Both the position numbers and the translations under genes were made by a program. A stretch of DNA of 63,171 nucleotides, the filler included, from Basidiobolus ranarum (Eukaryota), in assembly GCA_040143965.1 (NCBI GenBank). It is 14 parts of 14 records of this genome, joined end to end, with 100 filler letters (N's around TTAATTAATTAA, not from the genome) between each part and the next. Parts side by side here need not be neighbours in the genome. Positions count along the whole stretch, not along the records: positions 36,252 to 40,667 come from JASJQH010008845.1; positions 40,768 to 45,176 come from JASJQH010008846.1; positions 45,277 to 49,681 come from JASJQH010008847.1; positions 49,782 to 54,181 come from JASJQH010008848.1; 10 more parts are not named here. One strand, written 5' to 3'. Positions 38,240 through 51,239 of the stretch are shown here, piece by piece. The stretch's first letter is position 1; every line of letters begins with the position of its first letter. Below the pieces are notes generated by a model. The model was not told the origin of the DNA. It was given only the letters and a program-made list of their open reading frames with translations, and ran no database searches.

Positions 38240-40399
38240 CTACAAATGATTCTTCTGTAGCAATGCCTTATAGAGCTGTAGATTTTCGTGCTTCATGTGA
38301 TTGACCAGTATGTGTTTTGCTTCGGTCTTGTTAGAATCGTTGATGCGCTTCATCAAAGCTTGAAAAGTCCCCAGCTGTGGTTGTATTCCACATTGATTCA
38401 TCTCTTTTGTCACCACAGCTACCGCTTCATCGTACTTTTCTATTGAACACAACAATACAACGTACGTGTTGTAAAGACCTTCAGTCATCCTACCGCTCAG
38501 TTGCTTCTTCAAGGAATTCCAAAAACTTCTTAGCGTTTCTAAATCACCTTGGTCTGACATAGAGTTGCTGAAAGACAGCAAGAGAATCGAAGCGTTAGGG
38601 GTAAGGTTTGCGTGAGGGCCTTCACTAGCTCTAACAACATCCCATAGTTTGGCAACTTGGTCATGCTGTCCATTGATGGAGTAGTACTTCATCAATGTAG
38701 TGTACACGAATCCATTTGGCGTTAGTCCTTGAGATAGCATCTCTTCGTATAGCTTCAATACGCCTTCATGGTCGTTGTTTTTGAGACAGGCATTCATCAA
38801 GATATTGTAGGTTTGCGAAGTTGCAGGTACCCCGCGTTTCATACCCTCAAAGAGCTCTCTAGCCTTAGCTAAGTCGGAGTTCTTGCCATGTCCGTCTATC
38901 AACGTATTGTAAATTGCTGTATTGGGTTGGATGTTCTCACGCTTCATTTCGTCGAACAGATTGGTCGCCTTGCCCATGGCGCCGTGCTTACTATAAGCAT
39001 GAATAAGCGACCCGTAGGTAAATATATCAGGTTGCAGACCATCGAGCAGCAGCTCTGAATGCTTGGCCACAACATAGTCAAATCGATTCATTTTGGCAAA
39101 GGCGTGAATCAAAATATTGAAGGTCATGATGTTGGGGGATACGTTAGAAGATTGCATGTCGTCGTAGATTTTCAAGATTTTGCTGATATTTTGCGGGGTT
39201 TTTGCCAAGATATTAAACAGATAGTTGTATGTGGACACATTGGGCTGAAGTTGATATCGAAGCATTTGTCGATATATCCCCATGGCCATCACGGGTGAAG
39301 ATTTGCGTAAACAAATCGCAAGAACTGAATTGACGCTGTTCAAATCTGGAATCATATGGCCCACAAACATTTCGTTTAAAGATTCGTAAGCTTCATCCAG
39401 ATACGATTCGTGTAAATGGGCTTTGATGTAGGCTCGGTATGTACTCGCCTCTGGAGTCATTTGGAGCGCAAGCATTTTGTCTTTATAGCTTCTAGCTTTC
39501 TCTAGCAACCCAGCTCGAATACACCCGGAGATAACTGAGTTAAATACAAACTTTTCCAAGAGTAATCCCTTAGAGAGCATCTCATCAAATACCTTCGTTG
39601 CTGATTCAATATCCGAGCATTTTAGATACCCGTCTAGCAAAGAGCTAGAAGTGATGTGATTAGGGGAAATATCATATTGAGTCATTTCCGAATGTAGTCT
39701 CTTAAGGCTGTCCAGATCGTAGTGAGCTTTAGAGAATTTGAATAGCATATTATAAGTGAACTGATCAGGCCGAAGTCCCACCTTTTTAATGGCATCATAC
39801 TGTTCAAGTGCTAGACTCAGATTATCTTTCCCTGCAGCTGCGATGAGTTGATTATAAATGAAAACAGAAGGGGCCTCCTGCGCAAGTAACATTGTCTTGG
39901 CGAATCTATTAGCTCCTTCGTAATCCCCAAGTTTGGCATAAGTAATGAGCACCTCTCCTTTTTGTGCCTTTGTCTCTAAGTTGATACCATTATTTTCAAT
40001 TAAACCCAATACTTCTGCGCATAGTTTAGGGTATTGTCTGGTTTCACGCTGGATTAATCGAAAGAAACTCACAATTTCTCCGCTATGTGCCATTTTTGAA
40101 AAGTCCGCAGTACCTTGAAGTTTTTGGTAAAGTTGAACTGCACCGCTAACATCTTTATCATGAAGTGCATCAAGAAATCTTTTGTATATCAAGTTTTGTT
40201 CAAAACCAGGCCCCAGGATTGGGACTTGGGGTTCCTGGTGAGCATTAAAAGTGGTTTGAAAAAAGCGAGTGGAATATACGAGGTTAAGGTCCGCTCTGAG
40301 TTTGGGAAAGCAATGTACAGATTTTGATAGAGTACTGAGATTCCTTGCCCTTTTACTGATAACGTTAAAGGAAACCACTAGAATAGGCGGCTTTAACAT
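38240..40399 (-). CDS. Pentatricopeptide-repeat protein, probably mitochondrial, intronless, 719 aa
   Basis: More than 10 tandem 35-aa PPR units (PDQFTYNML, PNIMTFNILIHAFAK, PDIFTYGSLIHAYSKHG, PNTAIYNTLIDGHGK); basic, Ser-rich N-terminus. Confidence 0.95.
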   Translation of the reverse strand: MLKPPILVVSFNVISKRARNLSTLSKSVHCFPKLRADLNLVYSTRFFQTTFNAHQEPQVPILGPGFEQNLIYKRFLDALHDKDVSGAVQLYQKLQGTADFSKMAHSGEIVSFFRLIQRETRQYPKLCAEVLGLIENNGINLETKAQKGEVLITYAKLGDYEGANRFAKTMLLAQEAPSVFIYNQLIAAAGKDNLSLALEQYDAIKKVGLRPDQFTYNMLFKFSKAHYDLDSLKRLHSEMTQYDISPNHITSSSLLDGYLKCSDIESATKVFDEMLSKGLLLEKFVFNSVISGCIRAGLLEKARSYKDKMLALQMTPEASTYRAYIKAHLHESYLDEAYESLNEMFVGHMIPDLNSVNSVLAICLRKSSPVMAMGIYRQMLRYQLQPNVSTYNYLFNILAKTPQNISKILKIYDDMQSSNVSPNIMTFNILIHAFAKMNRFDYVVAKHSELLLDGLQPDIFTYGSLIHAYSKHGAMGKATNLFDEMKRENIQPNTAIYNTLIDGHGKNSDLAKARELFEGMKRGVPATSQTYNILMNACLKNNDHEGVLKLYEEMLSQGLTPNGFVYTTLMKYYSINGQHDQVAKLWDVVRASEGPHANLTPNASILLLSFSNSMSDQGDLETLRSFWNSLKKQLSGRMTEGLYNTYVVLLCSIEKYDEAVAVVTKEMNQCGIQPQLGTFQALMKRINDSNKTEAKHILVNHMKHENLQLYKALLQKNHL

Positions 40400-40767
40400 G
40401 GGTTTGTTTGGTATGTTGTTAGACTGAAACCAGTTTCAAATCAAGGGAAATCGATATTTCAATGACTTTGGTCAAATTGGAGATAATTTGTGAAAAATAA
40501 TGTAGTCATAAGGAATCAAGTGTTGATTCATGAAATCTATTAAATCTCTGCTTTATTACATATTGTGACGCAGTATTTTTGAGTTCGGCGGTTCGGATGT
40601 TGAAGGGTATATTCGTCGTGTGAAGGCCTTGACTGGTTGAAAAGCAGAATCATGGAAGGCGCCATCCNNNNNNNNNNNNNNNNNNNNNNNNNNNNNNNNN
40701 NNNNNNNNNNNTTAATTAATTAANNNNNNNNNNNNNNNNNNNNNNNNNNNNNNNNNNNNNNNNNNNN

Positions 40768-41010
40768 TTGATAGAAATATCAATTAGATCACTTTTACCA
40801 ATTTTCACTATTTTCTCAAAACTTCTCCAAATCACCTCAAATTTTCACCCATGCTTAACAGTCATGTTTGTTATGATCTGAGCACATCCAATAGTCCAAT
40901 TTCATAGTAAACAATAAATAGGACATGTTCAATTCAATAAAACTTAAGTGTCTAATTCACAAATCCAAATCTTGTCCAAAACACTTTCAAATCCCCTAAA
41001 CACTTTATCA
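40768..41010 (+). repeat. Partial LTR family C
   Basis: Matches the 3' two thirds of 19068-19418; ends TTTATCA followed by GTTATG (PBS remnant). Confidence 0.88.
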
Positions 41011-41019
41011 GTTATGATC

Positions 41020-41710
41020 AAAAATTGGTCTGAATTTGATACAAAAAGTAGGAAATGAATATTTCTGGGTGCTTGTACTCTAACTACAGCCTAAAGACAG
41101 TATGATACCAAAACCTTGAAGTTAATTGAGTCCAGGGATGTTTTGTTGAATGGAAATGAAAAAAAAATCAAAAATGACCTCAGATCATGACAAAATCCAT
41201 TTTCTCTCTCACGATCATTCATAATGATTCAAACAAAAATAATGAAGAAGGTTTGATTCCTGTGGCCTCTTCAAATAAAATGCTGCCTGCTGAAGTGCCT
41301 TATATATTATTGTAGTACCTTCATTCCAAACTAAGAGTCCAAATTGAATCAGAAATAGCCCAGATTACTATACAAATGAGTCCCAAAATTGGGCCTTTGC
41401 CTGAACAGCTCAAAGACCTGAGCCCCTGATAGTAAAAGAGGCCCAAAATGGCCTGCACATGCAATTTTACAGAGCCACAATGGATAATGAGTACCAGGCT
41501 TTGATTGATAATCAAACTTGGATTTGACCAGCTTACCTGATGATAGAAATTCAGTTGTTTGCCAATGGGTGTATAAAGATATCTTCAACTCTGATGGCTA
41601 TATAGAAAGGTACAAGGTTAGACTATTAGCCAAAAGCTATTCACAAGCACCAGGAATAGATTATACAGAAATCTTTGCTCCTGTAGCAAAGTTTAATTCA
41701 ATTGCATTGA
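41020..41710 (+). mobile_element. Copia integrase-tail / RT N-terminal fragment, cut by a CACTA insertion
   Basis: WDLTSLP..CQWVYK..RYKVRLLAKSYSQAPGIDYTEIFAPVAKF. Confidence 0.88.
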
Positions 41711-41711
41711 T

Positions 41712-44700
41712 CCTAACAGAAATGTGAGCATTGTTACAATAGGAAAACCATCACAATATTAATTCAATTGGACCATTTACTTACCACCATAAAATCATCA
41801 CGTTAGATTTGATTTTAATCCATTTTTTCAGTTTCAGGAGTGAAATTTCAAGATCTTGCAAATTAGTTGTGCATGATTGGCTACAATCTCAGAGAACCAA
41901 GGATCAACACATGTGCAAAAAACATAACTCAAATTTAAACAATTACCACTTGAAAGCTAATTTGTCATCTTTAAAAACCCTAGTCTCTTCAATATAATAT
42001 CCTGAATATTTTTATAGATTTCTTCATACCCAAGGTTTAGCTCATGTCTAACACAAGTTTATCTCAATATCTCCATCAAAGCCTACCACTGTATTCATGT
42101 TACTGAATCAACAATCTTCCAGCTATCTCGCAGATTCCCTGCAATATTGTGCCACTCTGTATTAAGTTCTTCCCAGATATCTGCACAGTCAACACCCAAC
42201 TGAATGTCAAGCTGAATGGCCTTCTTCTGAAGCCACTTTCTGCATACTTGCACTGCATTTTTCCCTTCAAACTTTTGAAAACACTCCTCATACACTGCTA
42301 CTGTCTATATACAGCCTTGTAGGATGATACTATGGAGGGTACATTTCTGTATTTGTATGGCTTTTTACTTGCCTTTTTGCCAGTATTTCAACTGGTTTAT
42401 CTGACTCTGGAAATGCAGATCTTTGTGATTGTATGAAGAATTCAGTAAGTGGGAGACCACAGCCTAGGCTGACTGGCACCTTTGCTTTTCCATTTGGCTC
42501 ACTAACTGACTGCTCCTTGAGTACTTCTTCAGTTGCTGCTCTTTATGTTCCAAGTCCATAGTTGCATACATTTTTGAGATGTTTCAACAACAGGCTTATA
42601 GTACCCCAATGGCCATTAGCTTTCAAGAACCCAGGATAAGCCACAGGAACTAATTCAAGAACCTTCAGGCTATACTGGGTTTTTGGTTTTTTTACAATTG
42701 GTGCCAATCTAGGTGATTTTGGTCAAGATTCTGCACAGCCTCCAAAATGTTAAAATATTCATCACCGGAGCAAGTGATGGCAGATATAGTATTCAGAGTC
42801 TTTTGGTTTGCTGGCTTTTCTATAAGATTTCTACTTGGATGTGCAAAAGCAATTTTGGGTCATGGTGTAGGCTCAATGGTCCAACGCATATAGTGCTCTG
42901 CCAGATTTTTTAGCCACTTTCATACATATGGTGTGGGATTGATTGAAATCCAGTTTGCAAATAGACAGAAAGAGCAGCATGTTACTGTGGCTCAAGTACA
43001 GCTTTCTGAATATCTTGTATCATTTTTGAGTGACTCTGCAACTGTAGACTAGTTCCTTCAGAACACCACAATAATTAGAATATTGCTGTATTATTGCTTC
43101 TCATGGCCTGTAAAGCCACTTTGTAACTTTTCAGATGATTGCATACAAAGCATTATGGAGCTCAGCCAGAGACTCCCTTTTGGTAATAACTCTATCCAAG
43201 TTGTATACCAGGGGTGTTCAATAGTTGGCAAAGTAAGCATTTTGAAATTAGATGGTCTTGTTTGTGTTTTTGTTGAACTTTGCTTGTTAGTTTCCATGTA
43301 ATTTCAGGATCATAATCTCTTCACATGCACTATTGCTAGATAGGTACACATCAATAAATCAAATAATGCTTAATCAACTGTTGAGTTTATTTCTGGCATC
43401 TTAATGCCTTCCAAAGTGGACAGTAGATTGTTAGCCTGCTCTTCAAGTAAGTCCTCTGTTCTTGCTGGCTTTTTTCCCTTTGTGCCAGCAGGCTTATGAT
43501 TGGAAGCCAACATAGATACAGGTTCTGATTTCTTTTTGAATGGCATTGAAATACTCTGATGCTGTACTTGGTGTAATGAAATTGCTCATAGGCAACTTAG
43601 AATTAACATAAATTGCCGTCCATTAACAGAAATATTTTATGAATCCCCTCATGACTAATCTTTGACACCATCTGAGATTCTGCTGATGATATTGATGGGT
43701 TATACCCAATATACTACCCTTATGTAGGATGTGCTCTTGTTTTCACAATATCCTTCTCATGCAACAATGCAAACATTTCAAGAAGCCCTGCCATTATTGG
43801 TGAAAGTTCTTGAGCAATGGGAGCTGGAGGATTCATACAGGAATAATCACAAGCATGGTTGTTATACAAATCCACCAGCTGCACAAAGCCTGGTGAGTAT
43901 CAACAGTAATAAGTGCACAATATTGACTTTAGTTCTGTCCACTGAGGCCACTGGCTGAGTTTTACCTCAAAGGTTTGTTAGCACTGCCAAAAGTCAAGAT
44001 ACTGTGGAGTTACTACAGTTGTATCACTAGAATGAGGTAGGTACAAATGCAACTTTGGTCAAACCAGTAAGTCCAGGCAACTGTCAGGACATGCTACCAG
44101 ATATTGCCTTTGGTTAATCCAGTAGAGATGTTAGTATATTGGAAGATGAAGATGAAGTCCAGGGTTTTGTTAAGGACTCTTTGTAAAAGGCCAGCATTAG
44201 TGCCCTCCTAACATTTACAGTAAAGGAAGTAACTTTGATTTTTGTTGAGTGGAGAGTTCAATCCAATCTTAGCAACCAGGTGGTTGTTGGTTTTCTTACA
44301 CTTTTACAACAGTTGTTTGGCAACTATTGCTTGCCACAGACCTGGTACAAGTGGAAAACCCTTGTCAATTGTATGACCTATAATCCTTCAGTAATTAAAC
44401 TATCTTCATGTCCAAATGGTAGTTTGCTTTTAACCAGTAATCTGAAAACCCCAAAGTCACATAATGAATGAACACAATTGGCAATCATTGAATCAGGTAT
44501 GATATCATTCAAATAGTGATCATTGTTCCATTACCAAAGTACTCACCATGTAGCTGATAGCATTACCAATAAGCTTAATTGATATCATTACCAGAATCTG
44601 AAAAGTCAAGGTTTGTTTGAGAACACATATGATCATGAGTTTACATTGGCTCTGGATTGTTTCTTACTAAACAAGTAAAGCTTCAGAAAGGTTTTCTAGC

Positions 44701-44950
44701 CAGTAATTATAATTAACTGAAATTTTCCTCCTTCTGAATGGTATTAGAGAAAAAATATTTTGATACTATCCATCATATCTGGATCTAAATTGCCAGTGCT
44801 TATGGATAGCTTCTTCAATCCTTTAATAGTTAAAATTGAATGGTTATCTAATGGGCTTCAGATGTGTGAATAATTTTTTCAAGATAATATCATTGTATGC
44901 ATTGGTGATACTCCTGCCTTCAGTAAATTTGGAGGTTTTTTGTAGGCACA
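41712..44950 (+). mobile_element. Longest CACTA/EnSpm-like copy: left terminus, divergent ORF2 (-, about 41900-43600) and transposase N-half (+, about 43760-44945)
   Basis: Terminus CCTAACAGAAAT. Transposase motifs LPQTWYKWK, CPNG, TLALDCF (xSxDGF-like), PVIIIN*NFPP, MDSFFNPLI and CIGDTPA; many stops. Confidence 0.88.
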
Positions 44951-44951
44951 A

Positions 44952-45176
44952 TTGATAAAAGTGTTTAGGGGATTTGGAAGTGTTTTGGACAAGATTTGGA
45001 TTTGTGAATTAGACACTTAAGTTTTATTATATTGAATATGTCCTATTAATAGTATACTATGAAACAGGACTATTGGATGTGCTTAGATCATAACAAACAT
45101 GCCTGTTAAGCATGGGTGAAAATTTGAGGTGATTTGGAGAAGTTTTGAGAAAATAGTGAAAATTGGTAAAAGTGAT
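44952..45176 (-). repeat. Partial LTR family C inserted in the CACTA transposase
   Basis: Close reverse complement of 40788-41010. Confidence 0.88.
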
Positions 45177-45276
45177 NNNNNNNNNNNNNNNNNNNNNNNN
45201 NNNNNNNNNNNNNNNNNNNNTTAATTAATTAANNNNNNNNNNNNNNNNNNNNNNNNNNNNNNNNNNNNNNNNNNNN

Positions 45277-48200
45277 TCCAAAACTAAGCTCCATGATTTA
45301 ACCATTAAGAGCCCAGTCAGATTTCAACATGATCCCGGACATGAATGCACCAAGTAGTCAGCCTAACATCAAACTGGGTACTAGCTATAAGCCAAAGATT
45401 ATATTGCCAAAGGGATCAGATGGAGCCAGAGCTTCCTATCAAGCACTATGCACTTACTATTTAACAACATTTGGATACTACCTACTCAGCTATATAGAGG
45501 AAAATTCTATATGAATGAGTCATTTGAGGTAGGATCAAAGTTTAAATTGATTGGGAGAATGCTTGAAAACATCTGGATACCATCATATCTTACCAGGACT
45601 ACAATCAATATCCACTCATTTAGGTGTTTATTCAAATGCAAAGACTGTAAGTATTGGATATGTATATATTCAAGTAGAATCTTGAAAAGATTTCTGTATG
45701 ATAGGTATTGGTGACATTGGGAGTTATTTGTTGATATTGTTAATATATTCTTATGGCTTCAACTCACATTGGCAGATCTCAGGCAGATACAGCAACTGTG
45801 CAAAGATTTTGTAATTGGATATGAAAAACTTTATCACAGGTTTAAAGAAGATAGACTGAATCTATGCTGGTATTCAATAGATTCTCTGCTGCATCTTTCA
45901 CAATGCTTAGAGATTATAGGCCCTTATTATAGATTCTTGGAGTTCCCAGTGGAGTGCACCTGTGGTGAAATTGTGCTCTGTGTAAAATTGTCAGTATTAC
46001 CATATGCTAATCTGACTAACAATGCATCAGCAAAGTCAGTAATGGATGTAATGTGATGGGTCAAGGAGACTCCAGATTATATTAACCTTCTAACAAAGGG
46101 CTTTTTTCAATGTGCTCACAGGTTTTTGCATTGTTTGGGCACAATAACATCACCAAAACCTAATCCACAGACACAGAGTAAGTATCTCAATAATATGGAC
46201 TAATTTGTTTGTGTGATAATCTGGCAATATATCAAGGAAAGCTGCAAGACAGACTTTGTGGTGCAATAGATCATGATATGCAGGATTATTGTTTAGCCAT
46301 AGTGTAATCCCTAACAAAAATAAAATTGATTTGATCCAGATCAAATCCACCCTTCTAGATTGCAAGTCCATCAGAAAACTGTCACAATATTAGTGGCTTG
46401 CATTCTGTCAGATATTTTGATGGTTTGATGGTGGTTTCATAATGGTATTTTGCTGGTATTCAAACCTGTTAAAGTATTGATCCTTATATTTGGTATGTGT
46501 AATATAATTTCCGGCAATTTTTGCAAAATCTAATTATCAAATGGCAAATTACCAGGTTTACTGCTCTAGGAATTCAAATTAATATGCATGCCTTTATTTA
46601 GATGTTTCATACTCTATATTCTAGCCATACTGAGAATCAAAAATTGCAAGAATCTTGTTGTACTTAGTCTCTACAGATGCACATACTTGACTGATCAGAC
46701 ATAACTCAACAACAACAATACGCTTTGCCAGCAACTAATGGAGAAAAAATCCTAAACTTCTGAAATTTTGAATAGCACTGACACTTGGCAAATAGCTGAC
46801 TCTTGTTACCATTTACAATAAGAATAAGCTCTTGGATTTTGGCAAATTTCCTTAAAGATTTAAGCCAAACTATACCCAACTTGCAGTCAACAAATATCCT
46901 GTCACAAGTAGATGTGTCATTGCCTGAATAGATTATGCCACAGCTAAAACAACAATTCTGCTTATTTTAATCTATCTTACCAAGAAGTCTGTCTTGCAGC
47001 TTTCCTAGAAATATTGTCAGATTGTCATGCAAACAAATTAGTCCAATTTATAGAGGCACTAACTTGGTGTCCATGGATTGAGTTTTGTTGCTGTTATTGT
47101 GCTCAAACAATGCAAAAACTTGTGAGCACATTGAAAAGAGCCCTTTGTTGGAGAGTAGATATACTTTGGAGTCTCCTTAACCCATTGCATTATATCCATC
47201 TCAGATTTGCTGATCAATTGTTAATCAGATTAGCATATGATAATACTAACAACCCAAACAGAAATTTGCGGATTGTTGTTGTAGGAAAACCATCACAATT
47301 TTACTCTATTTGGGATTGACCATTTACTTACCATATATAAAATTGTCAAGTTAGATTTGATTTTAATCAAATTTTTCAGTTTCAGGAGTGATGTTTCATG
47401 ATCTGACAAAAAAGTTGCACATGATTGGCTACAATCTGAGCAAACTATGGATCAATGCATGTGCCAAAAACATAACTCAAATTTTACACACTTACCATTT
47501 GAATGCTAATTGACATCTTCAAAACTCCTAGTTTCTGTGATATATTCTCCTGAATATTTTTAGAGTTCTTCATACCCAAGGTTTAGCTCATATCCCACAG
47601 GATCTGTATCAATATCTCCATCAATGCCCACCATTGTACTAATGCTGCTAAATCAATGTTCTTCAAGCTATCTGTTGTACACCCTGCAATTGTGTGTCAC
47701 TCTGCATGAAGTTTTTCCCACATATCTGCACAGTCAATACTGCACTGAATGTCAAGTGGAATGTTATTCTTCTGAAGCCATGTGTTGCATACTTACACTG
47801 CGTTTGTCTCTTTATACTTTTGAAAAACTCCTCAAGTACTTTTACTATTTTCATACATCCTTGTACTGTCACACTACTGAGGGTGCTTTGTGGTGTTTGT
47901 GCAGCTTTTTGCTTGCCTTTAACTTTGGGGCTAATTTCAACACTTTAAAGAGTATCAGTTGAGGTAGGAGAGCTGTGAGTTTCATTTGCTGGTGTTATGG
48001 CAGGAGTGTCACCAATACATACAAAGTTGCAATACAGGCCTTGACATGTAACAATGGTGCAATATTGCAGTTAATGCAGCAATTGGAAGCAACTAGTAGA
48101 CAGCTAGAGAGCTACTCAACAATGATATAAGACCTTCAGAATGCTGTGCTGGCACTACAGCAACATGGTACTCCTTCTGTCCATTCTGGTATGGAATTTC

Positions 48201-49681
48201 AATCCATCCCACACCATACATACAAATGTCACCATCACAATCTAGCAAAGCAGAATATGTGTTAGCCCATTATGCCTACACACCAACCCAAAATTGCTTG
48301 GGCAAATGAAGATAGAAATCTCGGAGGAAAACCAGCAAACCAAAAGACTAGGAATATCAGAGCTGGTATCACTTGCTGTGGTGATGAGTGGTTTAAGAAT
48401 TTGGAAACTGTGCAGAATCATGCCCAAAATCACCTTGATTTGAGCAAATTGTGGAAAAACCAAAAAACAGGCATTTTGTCAAGGTTCTGGATTTATTTCA
48501 TGTGGCTTATCCTGGGTTTTTGTGAGCAAATGGCAATGGGGCTAGTATAGGCCTACTCATGAAGTGTCTGAAAACCTATGCAATTATTGACTTGAAAAAA
48601 AAGAAAAGCCACTAAAGGAGTATTCAAGTAGCAGTAAGCTTGTAGTTTGATGGATATTTTGATGCAAACTCATGTTGGATATGAGCTAAACCTTGGGCAA
48701 GAAGAATTGTATAAAAAAATTCATGAAAATATGTCAAAGAAACTAGGAATGTTGAAAATGGCAAAGTAGGATTCAAGTGGTACATGTGTAAATTATGAAT
48801 TACATTTTTTGCACATGTGTTGATCCATAATTTTCTGGGATTGTAGCTAATCATGTGCAACTATTTTGCAAGATCATTCATTCCTGAAACTGAAAAAGCT
48901 GATTAAAATCAATTCTCACTTGATAATATTGTGTAGGTAAGTAAACCACCATCACAAAATTGATTAAAATTGTTGCTGTTTTCACATACAACAATGCTCA
49001 AATTTCTGTTTGGGAACACCTCCTATGTAAGGGTGGTATTTGAAATATAGCCCATCAACATCATCAGCTGATTCTGCAACAGTGTCACAGATGAGCTATC
49101 AGGCTATTTACAAGATATTTTTGGTAATGGATAGAAATTTGGCTTATTCTGAGCTGTTTCTAAGTAATTTCATTAGACCATGTTAACCATCTGGAAATTT
49201 CAAAGCCATTAAAAAAGTTATGAAAATCAGAAGCAAAATCAGCTTCCAAGCAAAAGCCTGCTGGCACAAAAGGAAAAAAATCAGGTGGAGGTATGGACTT
49301 GCTTGATGAGCAATGTAGCAATCCACCATCCACTTTGAAAGGTTTTAACATTCCAGAAACTAACTCAGGTAAAGATGAAGCAAAGATCAATTTATCAAAT
49401 GTTTTACTTTCCAGTAATAGTCAAGTGAAGAGATTATAGTCCTCCAATTATGTAGTAATTCAATAGCTGAGCAAAGTTTAACAGAAACACTGTCAAGACC
49501 ATCAACTTCTAAATGGCTACTTTGCCCACTATTGAACAACCAACCATAGAAAATTTGGACGGAATGATTACAACAAGGTAATTGCAGCAAGGACACTGTA
49601 ATGACTTGCATACAATCATGTGTAAAAACTACAAAGTTGCTATACAGGCCTTGACAAACAATAATGCCACAATAATGCAAC
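45277..49681. mobile_element. Mosaic of CACTA/EnSpm-like copies including the transposase C-half (+, 45277-46050) and termini at 46309, 47253, 49014
   Basis: MHLLFNN, FVIGYEKLY, SLLHLSQCLEIIGPYYRFLEFPVECTCG..LPYANLTN (cf. H..GP..W.FP.ER.CG of EnSpm transposases). 46000-46300 is repeated inverted at 46930-47250. Confidence 0.9.
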
Positions 49682-49781
49682 NNNNNNNNNNNNNNNNNNN
49701 NNNNNNNNNNNNNNNNNNNNNNNNNTTAATTAATTAANNNNNNNNNNNNNNNNNNNNNNNNNNNNNNNNNNNNNNNNNNNN

Positions 49782-49899
49782 CGTCAACATCAGCGAGTCT
49801 ATGTGCCTCTCGCTTCTCTACCTCTTGTGGAGTGGGTGGCTGAACATTGCGAATCTCTTCCTTGCTGGCGAGATTGTCTCCGATGAAGTTGCGTTCCAT
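49782..49899 (-). CDS. SMP/LEA-like hydrophilin, 5' part; continues across the contig-end overlap into 54181-54055
   Basis: MERNFIGDNLASKEEIRNVQPPTPQEVEKREAHRLADVD; AAA-ATG context; (TA)n at about 50037-50046 upstream. Confidence 0.75.
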
Positions 49900-50544
49900 T
49901 TTGTATTGATTTGATCTGGTTTATTGGCTGGGAGTGCGGATAACTTGATTCTAATTTGTTGGGCAGCGGGATGCGGCTACTGTTTGCTCGGTGTTGTTAA
50001 GAAAAGTTGAATGAGCCTCACTACTCCCATTCTCCCATATATATATACATTTCTTGATATCGACGTAGGGGAGTGGACATGGGTGTGTAGACATAGGTGC
50101 AAAGATAGGAATGAATGCACTTTCTACAAAAAGAAGAGATAAATCATATTTGCGATTTCATGTCAAAGCAAAGCAGTGCTATGATTAATTGATGATGTCA
50201 TTGTCATTTCAGCGTCCACTCTCGTTCCTTGAAGCGTCGCTCAAAATATCCATGAGGTTTTGACTCTGTAACTCTACAAATTCTTTTCCAAATACCACTT
50301 GGGTGACATCAAGATTACTTCTGGAGCTGCGCTATTTCGTCAATCAACTGGGTATAGTACTAGTCAAGCAGGGAAGTGACATCACGATGCTGTCTATCTA
50401 GAATATGAGTTCAAGATATTTAAGGCGGAGGAGGATCAGCGAAGTTGTCAGATTCAAGTTTAGCCATATCCACTGCTATACGCATTCACATCCACACTTA
50501 TACAACACACACAACTCAAACAGCCCGTAAATCAAATCAGAACC

Positions 50545-50760
50545 ATGAGCAGCCAAACAGTAGCACAATCAGCCAACAGTGACACTACCTTGAACTCACA
50601 GCCTAAGCATGACGGCCAGCAAGAACAGACTCAATCAAACGCTCAGATCAACACCGAGTCATGGCAAAGCACCGAGCCAAGAGTCTACACCGACAAGAAT
50701 GACCAACAAGGAGTAGTGGGTAAGCTGGAGCGAGACTGTGAAGATGAAAAGAAAAACTAG
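50545..50760 (+). CDS. 71-aa hydrophilic Q/N/E/S-rich protein (hydrophilin-like)
   Basis: ACC-ATG context, CA-rich leader, TATTTAA about 125 bp upstream, almost no hydrophobic core. Confidence 0.65.
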   Translation: MSSQTVAQSANSDTTLNSQPKHDGQQEQTQSNAQINTESWQSTEPRVYTDKNDQQGVVGKLERDCEDEKKN

Positions 50761-51239
50761 AACCTCAAACTTTGATAACCATTTCCAGCACTTGTGAATA
50801 GAACAATAAAGTGATTGATTCTCAAACTTAAACACAACCCTATACAATGTATTCATCATTTATTATTTACGAGTGATGATTATCATTATCACTAGGTCTA
50901 GTTGCTTTATGTACATATAATATTGGTTATTCTGTCTATCAGACTTCTATCCATCACTATCATGTTCATTTGTAAGTTTGTCTGACAGGTGGGATTAAGT
51001 GGTGGAGAACTTGGATGATGTGTGTTGTGTGATGCGATGCGATGCGATTTGATGAACCTTCGTCATAGCAATCTCAGTTCATCTATTGTAATTGGCTAAT
51101 TTCTTATTCAATTTTGTTTTTCTCACGCTTAAGGACAACAGCCTTAAGGATAGCAATGAGCTGATCAGTTTGATGGTATTTGGGGAGTAATTCTATTCGG
51201 TCGGTTGATTCTGGACTTCATGTCTTGAATGGCTCACAT

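Noticed and set aside
40768..45176. Inverted LTR-C copies at both contig ends as long TIRs of a composite or DIRS-like element
   Set aside because: LTR-C is a high-copy copia LTR, assemblies break in such repeats, and no tyrosine recombinase is visible.
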